64,000 bases of DNA. Source: a virus. The translations under genes and the position numbers were made by a program. Under the pieces are notes generated by a model. The model ran no database searches and was not told the DNA's origin. It saw only the letters and a program-made list of their open reading frames with translations. Location of the stretch: positions 1 to 64,000 of the IMG/VR virus record IMGVR_UViG_3300005573_000857; one strand, written 5' to 3'. This document shows positions 18,472 to 29,000 of the stretch, one piece after another (the first letter of the stretch is position 1; every line of letters begins with the position of its first letter).

Positions 18472-19346
18472 TAAAAGAAACATTTTCTTTACTGAAAGGT
18501 GTTCCAAACGTTTTTAGCCTGTCTGAAAAAGAGCTTTCTTCGCTCGAAGTTAAGGGTGGTGTAAAGAAAGTTTCTAGTGTCCTCACGATGATACAAGATC
18601 GTATAGACCATTTTGCGAAAAGAAGAGTCTACAAGGAAATTTCTAGTTCGTCTCCAAAGCTATCGGTAGTGAAGATGGACTACTTGCTACCAGTGACGTA
18701 TAACATTCCTACGAATTCTATGATTTTAAACATTTCGTACTTTGGTGTAGACGATATACTTCCAACGAAACCTGATCCAAGAAACCTTTATGCATGTTTG
18801 GTTTATGCAATAGCTTTAAAGAGCCTCGTTAGCGGTAAGACAAAACTTCCTTTATCTTTCTTTCCATCAATCTCTACTTTCCTGTTAAGTGTTTTTATAA
18901 GATTATTCGGCAAAGAGTTTGGGTTTCTCGGTGTTTATGTTAGAGAAATCCCGAAGTTGCACTTCTTGTTAACTTGTTATGTATTGTCCGCGTTCTTTGG
19001 AGTGAGTGGTGTAGAAGCATTTAAGAAGGCTAGCGTAGTTTCTTCGTTCGATTATACTACATTATCCGACCTCGATTCTCTACAGTTTAATGAGATAGAT
19101 GGTTTTGTTGAATCCCTATCCAAGACTGTCATGCCAGGTATAACTCGCTATACGTTTGCCAGCAGAGTCCTCAAAATATTGACATCTGACTTCCTTCCAG
19201 CACTTGAAGATCTCTCTAGATTTATTTCAGTATGTCTTACTTGTACCGTTACTGGCACAACAATTGTTCCTACTTTTCTTGCTACAAAATATAATAAGAG
19301 TGAATTTGCGAAGATTTTAGAAGCTTCGAAGCTGATCTTCAAGTAG
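18465..19346 (+). CDS. Hypothetical protein
   Basis: 293-aa ORF between baseplate genes. Confidence 0.65.
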   Translation: MVVKETFSLLKGVPNVFSLSEKELSSLEVKGGVKKVSSVLTMIQDRIDHFAKRRVYKEISSSSPKLSVVKMDYLLPVTYNIPTNSMILNISYFGVDDILPTKPDPRNLYACLVYAIALKSLVSGKTKLPLSFFPSISTFLLSVFIRLFGKEFGFLGVYVREIPKLHFLLTCYVLSAFFGVSGVEAFKKASVVSSFDYTTLSDLDSLQFNEIDGFVESLSKTVMPGITRYTFASRVLKILTSDFLPALEDLSRFISVCLTCTVTGTTIVPTFLATKYNKSEFAKILEASKLIFK

Positions 19347-19356
19347 GAGAAAACTA

Positions 19357-20229
19357 ATGCCAGAATCTTTCTTTGGGATGTACCGTGCGAAAGTCGTCGA
19401 TAATAAAGATCCAGAAAAGAAGGGTCGCGTTATGGTATGGATCCCCGACTTGATGCCAGAAGTCCCTGAAGAAAAAGGTATTTGGGCTAGACCTGCAAAC
19501 AATCCAGTTGGTGGTAGAAATATGGAAGGAGAAGACGGCCATTTTTCTGGCACATGCTACATACCGCCCAAAGGAAGTTGGATGTGGATTTTTTTCGAGA
19601 ACGGAAATCCCAATCGACCCTACTATTTTGGGGCACTCGATTTAGAGAACGCTCCTACTCTTCCAGAGAACCAGCTTGGATCAAACTACCAAAACAAGTG
19701 GACAATCTTTAAGTCTCACGACGGAAGATGCATTGTAGTTTCAGACGACCCTGACGACGCCAGAATAGAAATAACTGGAAAGAAGAGACTCTTGAAAAAC
19801 CCACCATCTGGTGACACAGACTCGGTTTACACCATCGATGGAAACCAGACTACGATACTCTTGGACGAACGAGACGGTAAAGAGAAGATCTTAGTTCGAA
19901 CGCATACTGGAGACTTTATAAAATTGGACATACAAAATCGAGAGATCCACTTGTTTGTAAACTCAAAAGTACAGATAAAAAACGCTTCGGACATAATAAT
20001 ACAGGCTGGTGAAAATTTACATTTAGTAGCTGGCGATAAATTGTACATACAGGGTGGCAATGGAATTGAAGTAAATTCGATTCGAGACCTAAATATTCAG
20101 TCAGCATCAACACTAAACGAACTAGCTGGAGGTTCGGTTCGAATTCATGGAACGTCTACTTCGATACAGTCTGGTGCTGGTCCAGCTAGTGCTGCAAAAA
20201 CAGCAAACCCAACTGGAGATCGAGACTGA
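19357..20229 (+). CDS. Baseplate hub / spike protein (gp5/VgrG OB-fold + beta-helix)
   Basis: YRAKVVDNKDPEKKGRVMVWIP, PPKGS..WIFFENGNPNRP; 8-residue beta-helix repeats at the C-terminus; no lysozyme domain. Confidence 0.88.
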   Translation: MPESFFGMYRAKVVDNKDPEKKGRVMVWIPDLMPEVPEEKGIWARPANNPVGGRNMEGEDGHFSGTCYIPPKGSWMWIFFENGNPNRPYYFGALDLENAPTLPENQLGSNYQNKWTIFKSHDGRCIVVSDDPDDARIEITGKKRLLKNPPSGDTDSVYTIDGNQTTILLDERDGKEKILVRTHTGDFIKLDIQNREIHLFVNSKVQIKNASDIIIQAGENLHLVAGDKLYIQGGNGIEVNSIRDLNIQSASTLNELAGGSVRIHGTSTSIQSGAGPASAAKTANPTGDRD

Positions 20230-20242
20230 AGGAGATTGAGAA

Positions 20243-20980
20243 ATGGGTGATTTAGCTGAAGTACGAGCACAGTTATGCAATAGACTGAATGAGGAGTTCG
20301 ATAAGACTTTAAGAACGTTACTTGGAGCTAAGTCAGTTATTAGTCCAGAGCTTAATGCTTTAAAAAGGTTATTAAGAGCTACTACTTTTTCACCACCAGA
20401 AGCTTTAGCAGAAGCTGTCCGACAAGTTAGTCAAATTGCTGTCCCGCCTTTTGACAAGAGTGACGCTACAGTAATAAAAGATTTTATCTCTCAGTGTGCA
20501 TTCTTGAAAACTCACGACTTTTTGAGCAAGCCAATTAATATCTTACGACAACTTGAAGATACAATTCGAGAAAGTGCTATGCTAAGTTTGCAGAGCATTT
20601 CAGACATTCTAGGTGTTCCAGAGATTGGTCTAGCGGCAAAAATACAGAAACTAATAGACATTGTAAAAAAGTTTGGTTTTGACAAGCTCTTACCTGAAAC
20701 GAGTATGGTAATAGATTGTATCCGATCCTTGTGTCCTGGGCTCGACATTAGCCATAAGCTAGCTAGGTACAGTATGCTCCAGAAGCTACTAGACCTGACA
20801 GCTGGTGGTGAGCTAGACTTAGACAAAATCTACGAACAATCCGGGTTAGTAGACCAAGCAATCCGCAACATGAACGACTCAGTCCAAGCTGTAGCACGAC
20901 TCTTTAATAAGATTGGTGAATCTATCGCCAATGGGGTTAAAGTAATTAAAGAGTCTGGTCAAGAAATGGACTGGCCGTAG
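20243..20980 (+). CDS. Alpha-helical hypothetical protein (likely tail/baseplate-associated)
   Basis: Follows the gp5-like gene, with SD. Confidence 0.6.
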   Translation: MGDLAEVRAQLCNRLNEEFDKTLRTLLGAKSVISPELNALKRLLRATTFSPPEALAEAVRQVSQIAVPPFDKSDATVIKDFISQCAFLKTHDFLSKPINILRQLEDTIRESAMLSLQSISDILGVPEIGLAAKIQKLIDIVKKFGFDKLLPETSMVIDCIRSLCPGLDISHKLARYSMLQKLLDLTAGGELDLDKIYEQSGLVDQAIRNMNDSVQAVARLFNKIGESIANGVKVIKESGQEMDWP

Positions 20981-21006
20981 TCCTTCCTTTATTTACCCCA
21001 CTACAA

Positions 21007-21020
21007 CTATATATATTTCT
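21007..21020 (+). promoter_or_regulatory. CTATATATATTTCT putative phage promoter (copy 2)
   Basis: Identical 14-mer at 30107; 35 bp upstream of an ATG. Confidence 0.6.
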
Positions 21021-21054
21021 CCTAAAGAGAACAGGTCTAAGAAAAGGAGGAAGA

Positions 21055-22557
21055 ATGATAACCTTCGTACAAAAGGGAGAAAGAAGTTGGGATGTTTTTG
21101 TTGATGAAGAAAAAGTTGCGTCTTTGAGTTTCTCGAACCAGTTCGCAAGGAAGTTTGCAATTATAATGAACTATGTCCAAAAACTTTCTTCAATGTTTGG
21201 TGAGGAATTCGACAATTGGTTAGCAAGGTTCTTAAGAGAGTGCTCCCAAGCTCACTCGGAAGCTGAAAGAGTTAAGGTTGTAGAAAAAAATATTAAGCAA
21301 ATAGAGTGGTTCGTCACCGAAGCAATGGAAAAGTCGTCAATCGACTTTAATAAATTTGTAGACAAAGACAAAGCTAAGAAAGGAAGTATTCTTTTTCTAG
21401 CCGACGAGATGAGAGCAATTTTGCAGTTATCGAACTGCCTGAAGTTGTTTTCTCTTGTCTCTAACGATATGCAGATGCGTTTGAGTCGGTCAAGCCATAG
21501 AAAGATCTATACAGAATTTGCTGCTCCAGTTATTAAAACAAGTTTAGTTAATAAAATTTACGATGTAGTTAAGACTCGAACGTTTCGTTATAATCTTACA
21601 GATCGGTACATGTGGGATTACATTAAGTCAGTGCAATGCAAGAGTATAGAAGAGCACGTGATAGAAATCTTTAACTTTGTCATGAACCATATCTTGATTC
21701 TCTGTGAAGAAGATAAGAATCCGATAACGTACTTTGTCGGTACTATAGAAGAATCAGTAAAGTGGTTCTTGCGTTCTGTCTATAAAGGGAGTATAGTTTA
21801 TGCAGACACCGTTTCTACTGAAGAAATCCATAGCTCTAGCAGTGACAATGTTCGTTCGTTCTGCTATAACGATACTTTAGGACGCTTGAAGAAGTTGGCG
21901 TACGAAAAAGTCTTCGAGTATGTAGAAAATCTCTCTAGTGATAAGCTTATTTCCGATGCAGCAAGAGATGAAAATTTGACTTCGTTCCAAAACAGGATCT
22001 CGTCTGTAAAATTCGTTTCTCCAGTGGCTGAGTTCTTAACATATCCAATTTTTTCTAGAGTGGTTTCCGTTCCTTACAGTTACTTCAGGTCGATTTCTCC
22101 AGAAAGTTCTCTAGTTTTGTCTCTATACTTACAACAACTTATGCAACTAGTTTTTGGTCAGAGATTTTCTGAGTTGACAAAACTTTTGCAGTATTATCCA
22201 TCTCAACTTAGTGCTGTTGCTACCACATATCGAATAAAAACGGTTCTTTACTTTAATGTTGTGCAGGAAGTTGAGTTGCGAGAAGGAACTGTGCTTCCGT
22301 TTCTTTCTCTCATGAAAGATGAGAGTGTTCCTCTGGGTGATCGCTGTGTTGCATTATACTATATTGTAAGCACGTTCGTTGGAAGAATCTCGTCGGGCCA
22401 CTCTGGATTTTTCTGCTCGTACACTGGCAACAAAGTTTCTGGTTTACCTGTCTCTCAAATCGAGAAAGAAATGATCGAGTTCTTCTTGCTATTTTTTGCT
22501 GGAAAGCTTGAAGACAAGTTCGCTCAGATCAAATACAGAGTCGAAATGGACTTATAG
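21055..22557 (+). CDS. 500-aa helical protein; candidate RNAP promoter-specificity (sigma-like) subunit
   Basis: The ORF itself is certain. The function is inferred only from size and position before the RNAP genes. Confidence 0.35.
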   Translation: MITFVQKGERSWDVFVDEEKVASLSFSNQFARKFAIIMNYVQKLSSMFGEEFDNWLARFLRECSQAHSEAERVKVVEKNIKQIEWFVTEAMEKSSIDFNKFVDKDKAKKGSILFLADEMRAILQLSNCLKLFSLVSNDMQMRLSRSSHRKIYTEFAAPVIKTSLVNKIYDVVKTRTFRYNLTDRYMWDYIKSVQCKSIEEHVIEIFNFVMNHILILCEEDKNPITYFVGTIEESVKWFLRSVYKGSIVYADTVSTEEIHSSSSDNVRSFCYNDTLGRLKKLAYEKVFEYVENLSSDKLISDAARDENLTSFQNRISSVKFVSPVAEFLTYPIFSRVVSVPYSYFRSISPESSLVLSLYLQQLMQLVFGQRFSELTKLLQYYPSQLSAVATTYRIKTVLYFNVVQEVELREGTVLPFLSLMKDESVPLGDRCVALYYIVSTFVGRISSGHSGFFCSYTGNKVSGLPVSQIEKEMIEFFLLFFAGKLEDKFAQIKYRVEMDL

Positions 22558-22601
22558 CTAGGAGAACAAACTATTAATAAAGAGACTCGGAGGTTTTTGT
22601 C

Positions 22602-22988
22602 ATGGACTCAGTAAAAAAGTTAGAAAAAGTTTTAGCTAAGTTAATAAAAGAGATTAAAAATACGAAAGTTCAGGGTGGCAAGCCGCTTCGCGAAACTTTC
22701 GAGAAATTTGAGTATGACGATAGGTTAACGTGGTTGCTAAATAGAGATATGAGAACTGCTCTGTTCGAGAGAAAACCAGAATGTTTTATTCCTTTAGCTC
22801 GGTATGGGACACGCATGCCAGTCTTCTGCGTTTGCAATAGAGAGGGGTTCGCTGACAAAAAGATGGTCGAGTTTTCCTTATTGCTGGCGAAAAAACTAGC
22901 CGGCAATAAGGAGGCCGACCCATCTGAAGTAAAAGTTGCTATCGAAAAACTTGAGACAATATACAATAAGCTGACTCGAAAGAAATAA
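22602..22988 (+). CDS. Basic hypothetical protein directly upstream of RNAP beta' 1
   Basis: GGAGG SD; 6-bp gap to beta'. Confidence 0.65.
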   Translation: MDSVKKLEKVLAKLIKEIKNTKVQGGKPLRETFEKFEYDDRLTWLLNRDMRTALFERKPECFIPLARYGTRMPVFCVCNREGFADKKMVEFSLLLAKKLAGNKEADPSEVKVAIEKLETIYNKLTRKK

Positions 22989-22994
22989 AAAGCT

Positions 22995-25900
22995 ATGATT
23001 AAGCTCTTGGATGTTGACGACTTTGCAAAAGGGCTAGTTCCTGTCACTTCTACTGAGTACTTCTCACGAGCGGGTGAGTTTCATCCGGACGGGCTTTTTT
23101 CTGAGCAGATATTTGGTCCAGTTGGAACTTCAGACCGTAGAGAGAAGTACTCATTTATCGAGCTCCACACGAAAGTTGTCCACCCTACGGCGTATAGAAT
23201 AATTGTTGACCATCTTGACGGAAGAGTCGAAAAGTTTATCTCAACCGAAAAAGCGTATAATATTGTAAATGGAGCTCTTGTAGAAGATCCTGACGGTATT
23301 TCTGGTCTTGCATCCTTCATTAAAGTATTCCCTGAGATAAAGTGGAGAGGAGGAACTGCTAAAAGAGACTCTTTTATTCGCTTCTTGAAGCAGTCATATG
23401 AAGAAGGAACTCTTTTCATTAATAAAATTCCAGTCATTCCGCCAGCTTTTCGAGACGCAGTAAAGACAGAAGATAACCAGTGGGAGTTCGACCCTCTTAA
23501 TGACGAGTACTTGCTAGTTATGAGAAGAGCTTTTCAAGTAAGAGCTACGAAAGCTGGTCCTCTCTTTGACTTGTTGTGCTGTAGTCTCCAGGATGCAGTT
23601 ATCAAGTACGACAGTTTTGTAAGAGCTAAAATTGGAAAGAAGCATGGAGTTATTAGAGGGAATCTCCTTGGTAAAAGAGTCGATTTCTCCGGAAGAGCAG
23701 TAATTACTGTCAACCCTAATTTAAAGATTAACGAAGTCGGTATTCCAATAAGAATGGCGGTTCTTCTTTTTGAGCCATTTATAATTCACCATCTATTGTA
23801 CGTTAGAAAAGACCCTAGAGTGGCCGAACTCATAAAAAAGTTCACGGGTTCGGAGATGTCAGTAGACTCAGTAAAGAGAGTGCTAAGAGCTATACGGGCT
23901 GGAGATACTATTCCACAAGAGTTGTATGACATCATATTCGAAGTTACGAGTACTGTGGCGGAAAAAAGAGTAGTTCTTTGCAAGAGAGATCCAGTCCTGC
24001 ATCCAGAATCAGTACGTGCGTTTCAAGCTATTGTAGTGCCAGGAAGTACTTTGCAAATATGTTCTCTCCAAGTTGGTGGTTTTAATGCAGATTTCGATGG
24101 AGACCAGATGGCTGTTTACCATCCACTTACCGATGAGGCACAAGAAGAAGCAAGAACAAGAATGATGGGAGCGTTTACTGGAAGAACCTTTACGGATGTG
24201 AGCTTCGATATTACTAAAGAAGCTTGTGTCGGTTTATACATGCTTTCGTTAAATGTTCCCCTTGAGAAGAAGGCTGCACCCCACGCTACAGCGGAAGCAC
24301 TTGAAAATGCAGTTGATCCGTATACTCCTGTTCACTTTAAAGGACGAACTACTAGCGTAGGTAAAGCAATAATTAATGCTTGCTTTCCAGCAGAGTTCAG
24401 GTTCGTAGATGAAGTAATGACAAAGTCTGTAGTGAAGAAGCTCGTTTACGAAGTAGCTGAAAAGTTTGGTGAAGATGCTGCAAGACAAACTGCGTTTAAC
24501 CTTCAGAAGCAAGGGTTTAAGTGGGCTACACTTTTAGCACCAAGTATATCGCTAGATTCTCTCGAAGTTCCAAAAGAGATTTACGTCTTGAAGCAGAGAT
24601 TGGCAAAAGCAACGCCAGAAGAAGCTACTGAAATTCTAAAGAAAATGAAACAAATTATAACTGACCATTTGCAAGGCTCTCCTCTTTACAATATAGTCGA
24701 GTCTGGAGGTTCTAAGGGGTGGGACCAACCACTTCAGATTTTAGCTGCTAAAGGTGTTATAGCTGATCCTAAAGGTAATATTTTAGCTCCGATAAAGTCT
24801 TCATTTACAGACGGACTAACACCGTCTGAATTCTTCTACTCTGCTAGCGGTTCTAGAAAAGGAATAATTGATAGAGTTATAAATACAGCGGATACTGGGT
24901 ACATTTCTAGACAGTTGGTAATGTTACTAAATCCAGTTGAGATTCATCCGTCTCTAGCTGACTGCAAGACTACCACTTACTTAAACTTGAAGCTTGACAG
25001 CTCTTCTATAAACAGGTTAGAAGGCCGTTTTGTCGTTCGTAGGGGTAAAATAGTACTTTTCGATAAGAACGACTACAAACCAGGAGATGTCATCCAACTT
25101 CGGTCACCGGTTTATTGTCAGTCTTGGAAGATATGCCACACTTGCTATGGTAGATTGCTACTAAAACATAGAAGTCCCTTTATTGGAGTTATTGCTGCAC
25201 AGAGAATTGGCGAGAGAGGGACTCAGCTAATTATGAGGACCTTCCATACTGGAGGAGCAGTCTCTCTTGAGAAAAAAGATATCCTTAATGATATAGTGTC
25301 TAACAACGACTTGCTAACTAAAAGTGACATCAGTAAGTATTTGAAACAAGAAGGAAATACTCTAATAGCTTCTAAAGACTGTTCTCTTACAATTGATTTA
25401 GAGTACTACGAGGATGGTAATACTCTAAAGCTTGACGAAGATTCTGCTACGTTATGGGTAAAGAGTTTGGTTAGCACTTTAACTATCGGTGATATTAAAA
25501 TAGAAGTTATTCTTGATTACGAAGCTACTATCTTTGCTAGAGAATTTTCTAGAACTGACAGATTTATTGTTCTTACCTTTAAAGAAGGCGAGTCTATTTT
25601 AGAAGTTTCTACAGAAGCTCAAGACATTAAAAAGCAAGTTCTCTACTTACGAAGACTTCTTGCTGGAAAAGAAGTCTTCAAAGATGTAGACCACCTCTTT
25701 TATAGGTTGCTCAAAATTTATAGTCCACCAGTAGCAGACATAGATATCGTTCATTTGGAAGTGTTGCTATCTCAGTGTCTTAGAGACAGTTCTAATCCAT
25801 CTATTCCAGCTAGACTTATGCTTGCTAAGGGTAAGTATAGTCCAGCTCTGGCCGATATAAAGAAGAACATTTTTGCATCCGGTTTTCTACAGGGTATTGC

Positions 25901-26009
25901 TTTCGAAAATGTTGGTGAAGCTATTGAGAGTGGTATAACTGCTCCCAAAATCCTGCAGCCGTCTATTATAGAAAGGATTATGACCGGAGAGATTACCCCA
26001 AAAGATTAG
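22995..26009 (+). CDS. Phage RNA polymerase beta'-like subunit, copy 1 (no N-terminal Zn-binding domain)
   Basis: GLFSEQIFG, LLGKRVDFSGRAVI, R.PVLH, NADFDGD, RKG..D....TA..GY..R, CHTCYG, GE..TQL.MRTFH. Confidence 0.95.
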   Translation: MIKLLDVDDFAKGLVPVTSTEYFSRAGEFHPDGLFSEQIFGPVGTSDRREKYSFIELHTKVVHPTAYRIIVDHLDGRVEKFISTEKAYNIVNGALVEDPDGISGLASFIKVFPEIKWRGGTAKRDSFIRFLKQSYEEGTLFINKIPVIPPAFRDAVKTEDNQWEFDPLNDEYLLVMRRAFQVRATKAGPLFDLLCCSLQDAVIKYDSFVRAKIGKKHGVIRGNLLGKRVDFSGRAVITVNPNLKINEVGIPIRMAVLLFEPFIIHHLLYVRKDPRVAELIKKFTGSEMSVDSVKRVLRAIRAGDTIPQELYDIIFEVTSTVAEKRVVLCKRDPVLHPESVRAFQAIVVPGSTLQICSLQVGGFNADFDGDQMAVYHPLTDEAQEEARTRMMGAFTGRTFTDVSFDITKEACVGLYMLSLNVPLEKKAAPHATAEALENAVDPYTPVHFKGRTTSVGKAIINACFPAEFRFVDEVMTKSVVKKLVYEVAEKFGEDAARQTAFNLQKQGFKWATLLAPSISLDSLEVPKEIYVLKQRLAKATPEEATEILKKMKQIITDHLQGSPLYNIVESGGSKGWDQPLQILAAKGVIADPKGNILAPIKSSFTDGLTPSEFFYSASGSRKGIIDRVINTADTGYISRQLVMLLNPVEIHPSLADCKTTTYLNLKLDSSSINRLEGRFVVRRGKIVLFDKNDYKPGDVIQLRSPVYCQSWKICHTCYGRLLLKHRSPFIGVIAAQRIGERGTQLIMRTFHTGGAVSLEKKDILNDIVSNNDLLTKSDISKYLKQEGNTLIASKDCSLTIDLEYYEDGNTLKLDEDSATLWVKSLVSTLTIGDIKIEVILDYEATIFAREFSRTDRFIVLTFKEGESILEVSTEAQDIKKQVLYLRRLLAGKEVFKDVDHLFYRLLKIYSPPVADIDIVHLEVLLSQCLRDSSNPSIPARLMLAKGKYSPALADIKKNIFASGFLQGIAFENVGEAIESGITAPKILQPSIIERIMTGEITPKD

Positions 26010-26019
26010 AGGACGAAAA

Positions 26020-29000
26020 ATGATTGTCTTCGATAGATTACGATTGTATACAATGGTTACTGACGGGCCAAAATACTATCCACTTGATAAAGCCCACCCA
26101 TTTCTACTTGTTTACTTTTCAGAAAATTCTACTTTTTCTGAAGACTACCACAAGTTAAATATTCGCTATATGGACGTCCGTTCTGTAGTTATACCGGTTA
26201 CTCGTTATCCGAGAACTAGACTTATGCCTGACTATAGGAAGTTGCTCCGGTCGTATAAGTTATTTCCGTACCCAGTTGGTAGTCAACCACCTAAGCAAAA
26301 CCTTATATACGATACTTCGCTTTACGTAACTTCGGTCGATGCTGCACTAAAACCGGTTAACTACCGCCAGAGAGCTGGACGATACATTCTAAGCATTTTA
26401 GACTCTGCCTTTGCTCAGTTTCCAGATTATAGAAAGACTTTACTTTATGTAGTAGACATTACGAAGCCTTTTCCGAAGTACATCAATAGGAAGATTTTCC
26501 CAGTCTTGATGCAAATTAGAGATGGTAACTTCTTATTCGACAACTTCTTGCTCTGTACGATTGGACCTAAGGGCCCGCGATACCGTTTGTTGATGAAAGA
26601 CAAACAGTACAACTTCCAGAGATTATACATGTACGTGAAAGCTACTACTTACACAGAAGTAGAGGAAGAAGAAACTGAAGAAAAAGCAGAAGCAGCTGCC
26701 ACTCTTGTAGTGTCTTCCATTCCGAAAGAAGTACTTCCTGAAGAGAAGAAGGATAAAGTAAAACAAGCTACTAAAGACTTCTTGAAGACTGACAAAAGTC
26801 ATATGGAAAAAGTGCTTTCTAAAGAAGTTTCAGATGAGTACATGTCGAATTTAGCTATTGCTTCCGTCTTGCAGAAAGTCTCTGGAAATTTCGATCGCAC
26901 TAAAAACTTATGGAAGATAATGTCTGTAAAGAAAGTAGATCCCTCAAAAGTGCTAAAGAAAGTAGCTAAAGATGTTGTTGACCAGATTCTTGTAAAGAAG
27001 CCTCCAGTCAATACTGCTACTGATCCAGTTACTAAACATATGGATGTAGTAGATGTTACGAACAGAAAGTCACCGGAACACTTGTTCCAGAAAAGGCAAA
27101 TAGATTTCCAGACGAACTTGAAGAAAGACGTTACTAACTCGTTTAAAGTTTTGGAGAAGAAAGAGACTCCGCTCTACGTAAAAGAAGTTTCTATTGAAGA
27201 CAAAGAAAAGAAGCCCGGTAGCTTAGAGCCGTCAGACATTAGCGTAGTAAAAGTAAGTCTGCAAGATGCTTCTGGAAGAAAGCACGACGTTTCTATAGAA
27301 ATTCCTAAGATTGACAAGTTTGGTACGTTTAGAGTTAATGGGCAGCGGAAGTGCTTAGTAAACCAAGTAGTTACTTGTCCAATAAGTTTCCCAAAGAAGT
27401 ACGATTCACGTTTTGAGAGTTCGTATTCGAGTTTTCATATCTACAGTAAACGGGGAAGGATAAATTACTTAGAAGCTTTTATCGCTTCATATAAGATTCC
27501 TCTTTTAGTTTTATTGTCGTACGTTTTTGGCTTTGAAGAAACTTTAAAAGCGTACGGTATTAAGTACAAAGTCCAACCCAAACAAGAAGGAGAATTTTCG
27601 GTAAAGATAGCTCCAAAAACGTTTGTCGTTTTCGAAAACGTAGACTCGGAGCTAAAAAGAGAGCTAGTAAATTCGTTTTCCAAAGCTGGCTTATGGAAGT
27701 TAGACATTTCGGCGGCTTTCCCGACAAAAGAGTTTTTTACGGAAGCTTTGCACAAAATTACTGGTAGAATAAATTCTTCTTACCTTGTAAATGAAGTAAC
27801 TGCTAATGTGGTTGATCCAGTAGCACGACAGATACTTATAAATATGCAACTTCCTTCTGACCTGTTTAGTATTATTTTCTACATGTCTTCGAAAGTTGTA
27901 GAGGGTTACGTTCAAGAGAGGACGGATCTATCTAACTTAAGAGTAAGAGGATCCGAAGTTCTTACTCACTTGATCCAGAAGCAAGTTTTAGCAGCTTTTA
28001 CTGCATACAGAGAGCAAGTTTTATCTGGAAATAAGAATCCGCAGTTCACTATAAGTCCGACAAAAGTTTTGCATGATTTCGTAAATTCCGATATTGTGAC
28101 GCTTATGGAATTTGCGAACCCAGTAGAAGAAATGTCTAGCATAACGAGGACCACACCAATTGGTAGAGGTGTTGGCGGAATAGCTGACAGAGAAGCTATA
28201 CAGATAGAGGCAAGAAACGTCCATCCATCTTTCTTTGGCAATATAGATCCTCTCGATACTCCTGAAGGACCCAACGTTGGCGTCACACAACAGTTAGCTA
28301 TCGATGCTACTGTCACATCTGCTAGAGGACTATTTCAAGTTAAGCCAATCGATGACAGAGAAGGTGCAGGAATTCTTTCTACTAGCACTTGCTTAATTCC
28401 GTTTGTAGAGAATAACGATGGTGTTAGAATAATGATGGCTGCTAACCAAGCTCGTCAAGCTCAACCTTTAAAAGATCCAGAGCCTCCAATAGTTAGAAGT
28501 GGTTTTGAGTCTCTTCTAACTAACGTTTTGTCTGACAACTTTGTAAAGAGATCGCCATGTAATGGGGTGGTCCGAAAAGTAACAAGAGATTCTATTGTAA
28601 TTGCTTGTAGAACTGGAAAACAAGTAGTTGACATAACTCCAGTCCACTTACGGTCTGGCTCTGGGAAGAATACTCTTAGTGTTTTTATTCCGAAGGTTGT
28701 AGAAGGCCAGTCAGTTAAGCAGGGTTCTATAATAGCGGAAGGGTCTTGTATTTCAGATGGAACTATAGCCTTAGGCAGGACGTTATGTGTCTGCTTAATG
28801 CCATACAAGGGTTATAACTTCGAAGACGCAATAGTAATAAACGAAAAGCTAGTGGAAAATGACAAACTAACTTCTCTCCATGGTATAACGATCGATGTAG
28901 ATGTTAGCGAAAAAGATAGACTACTATACATAGCTTCTATAGGACAAAGAACTGAAAAGGGACAAATATTGCTAAAAAAGTCTATTGGCGAAGTAGAAGA

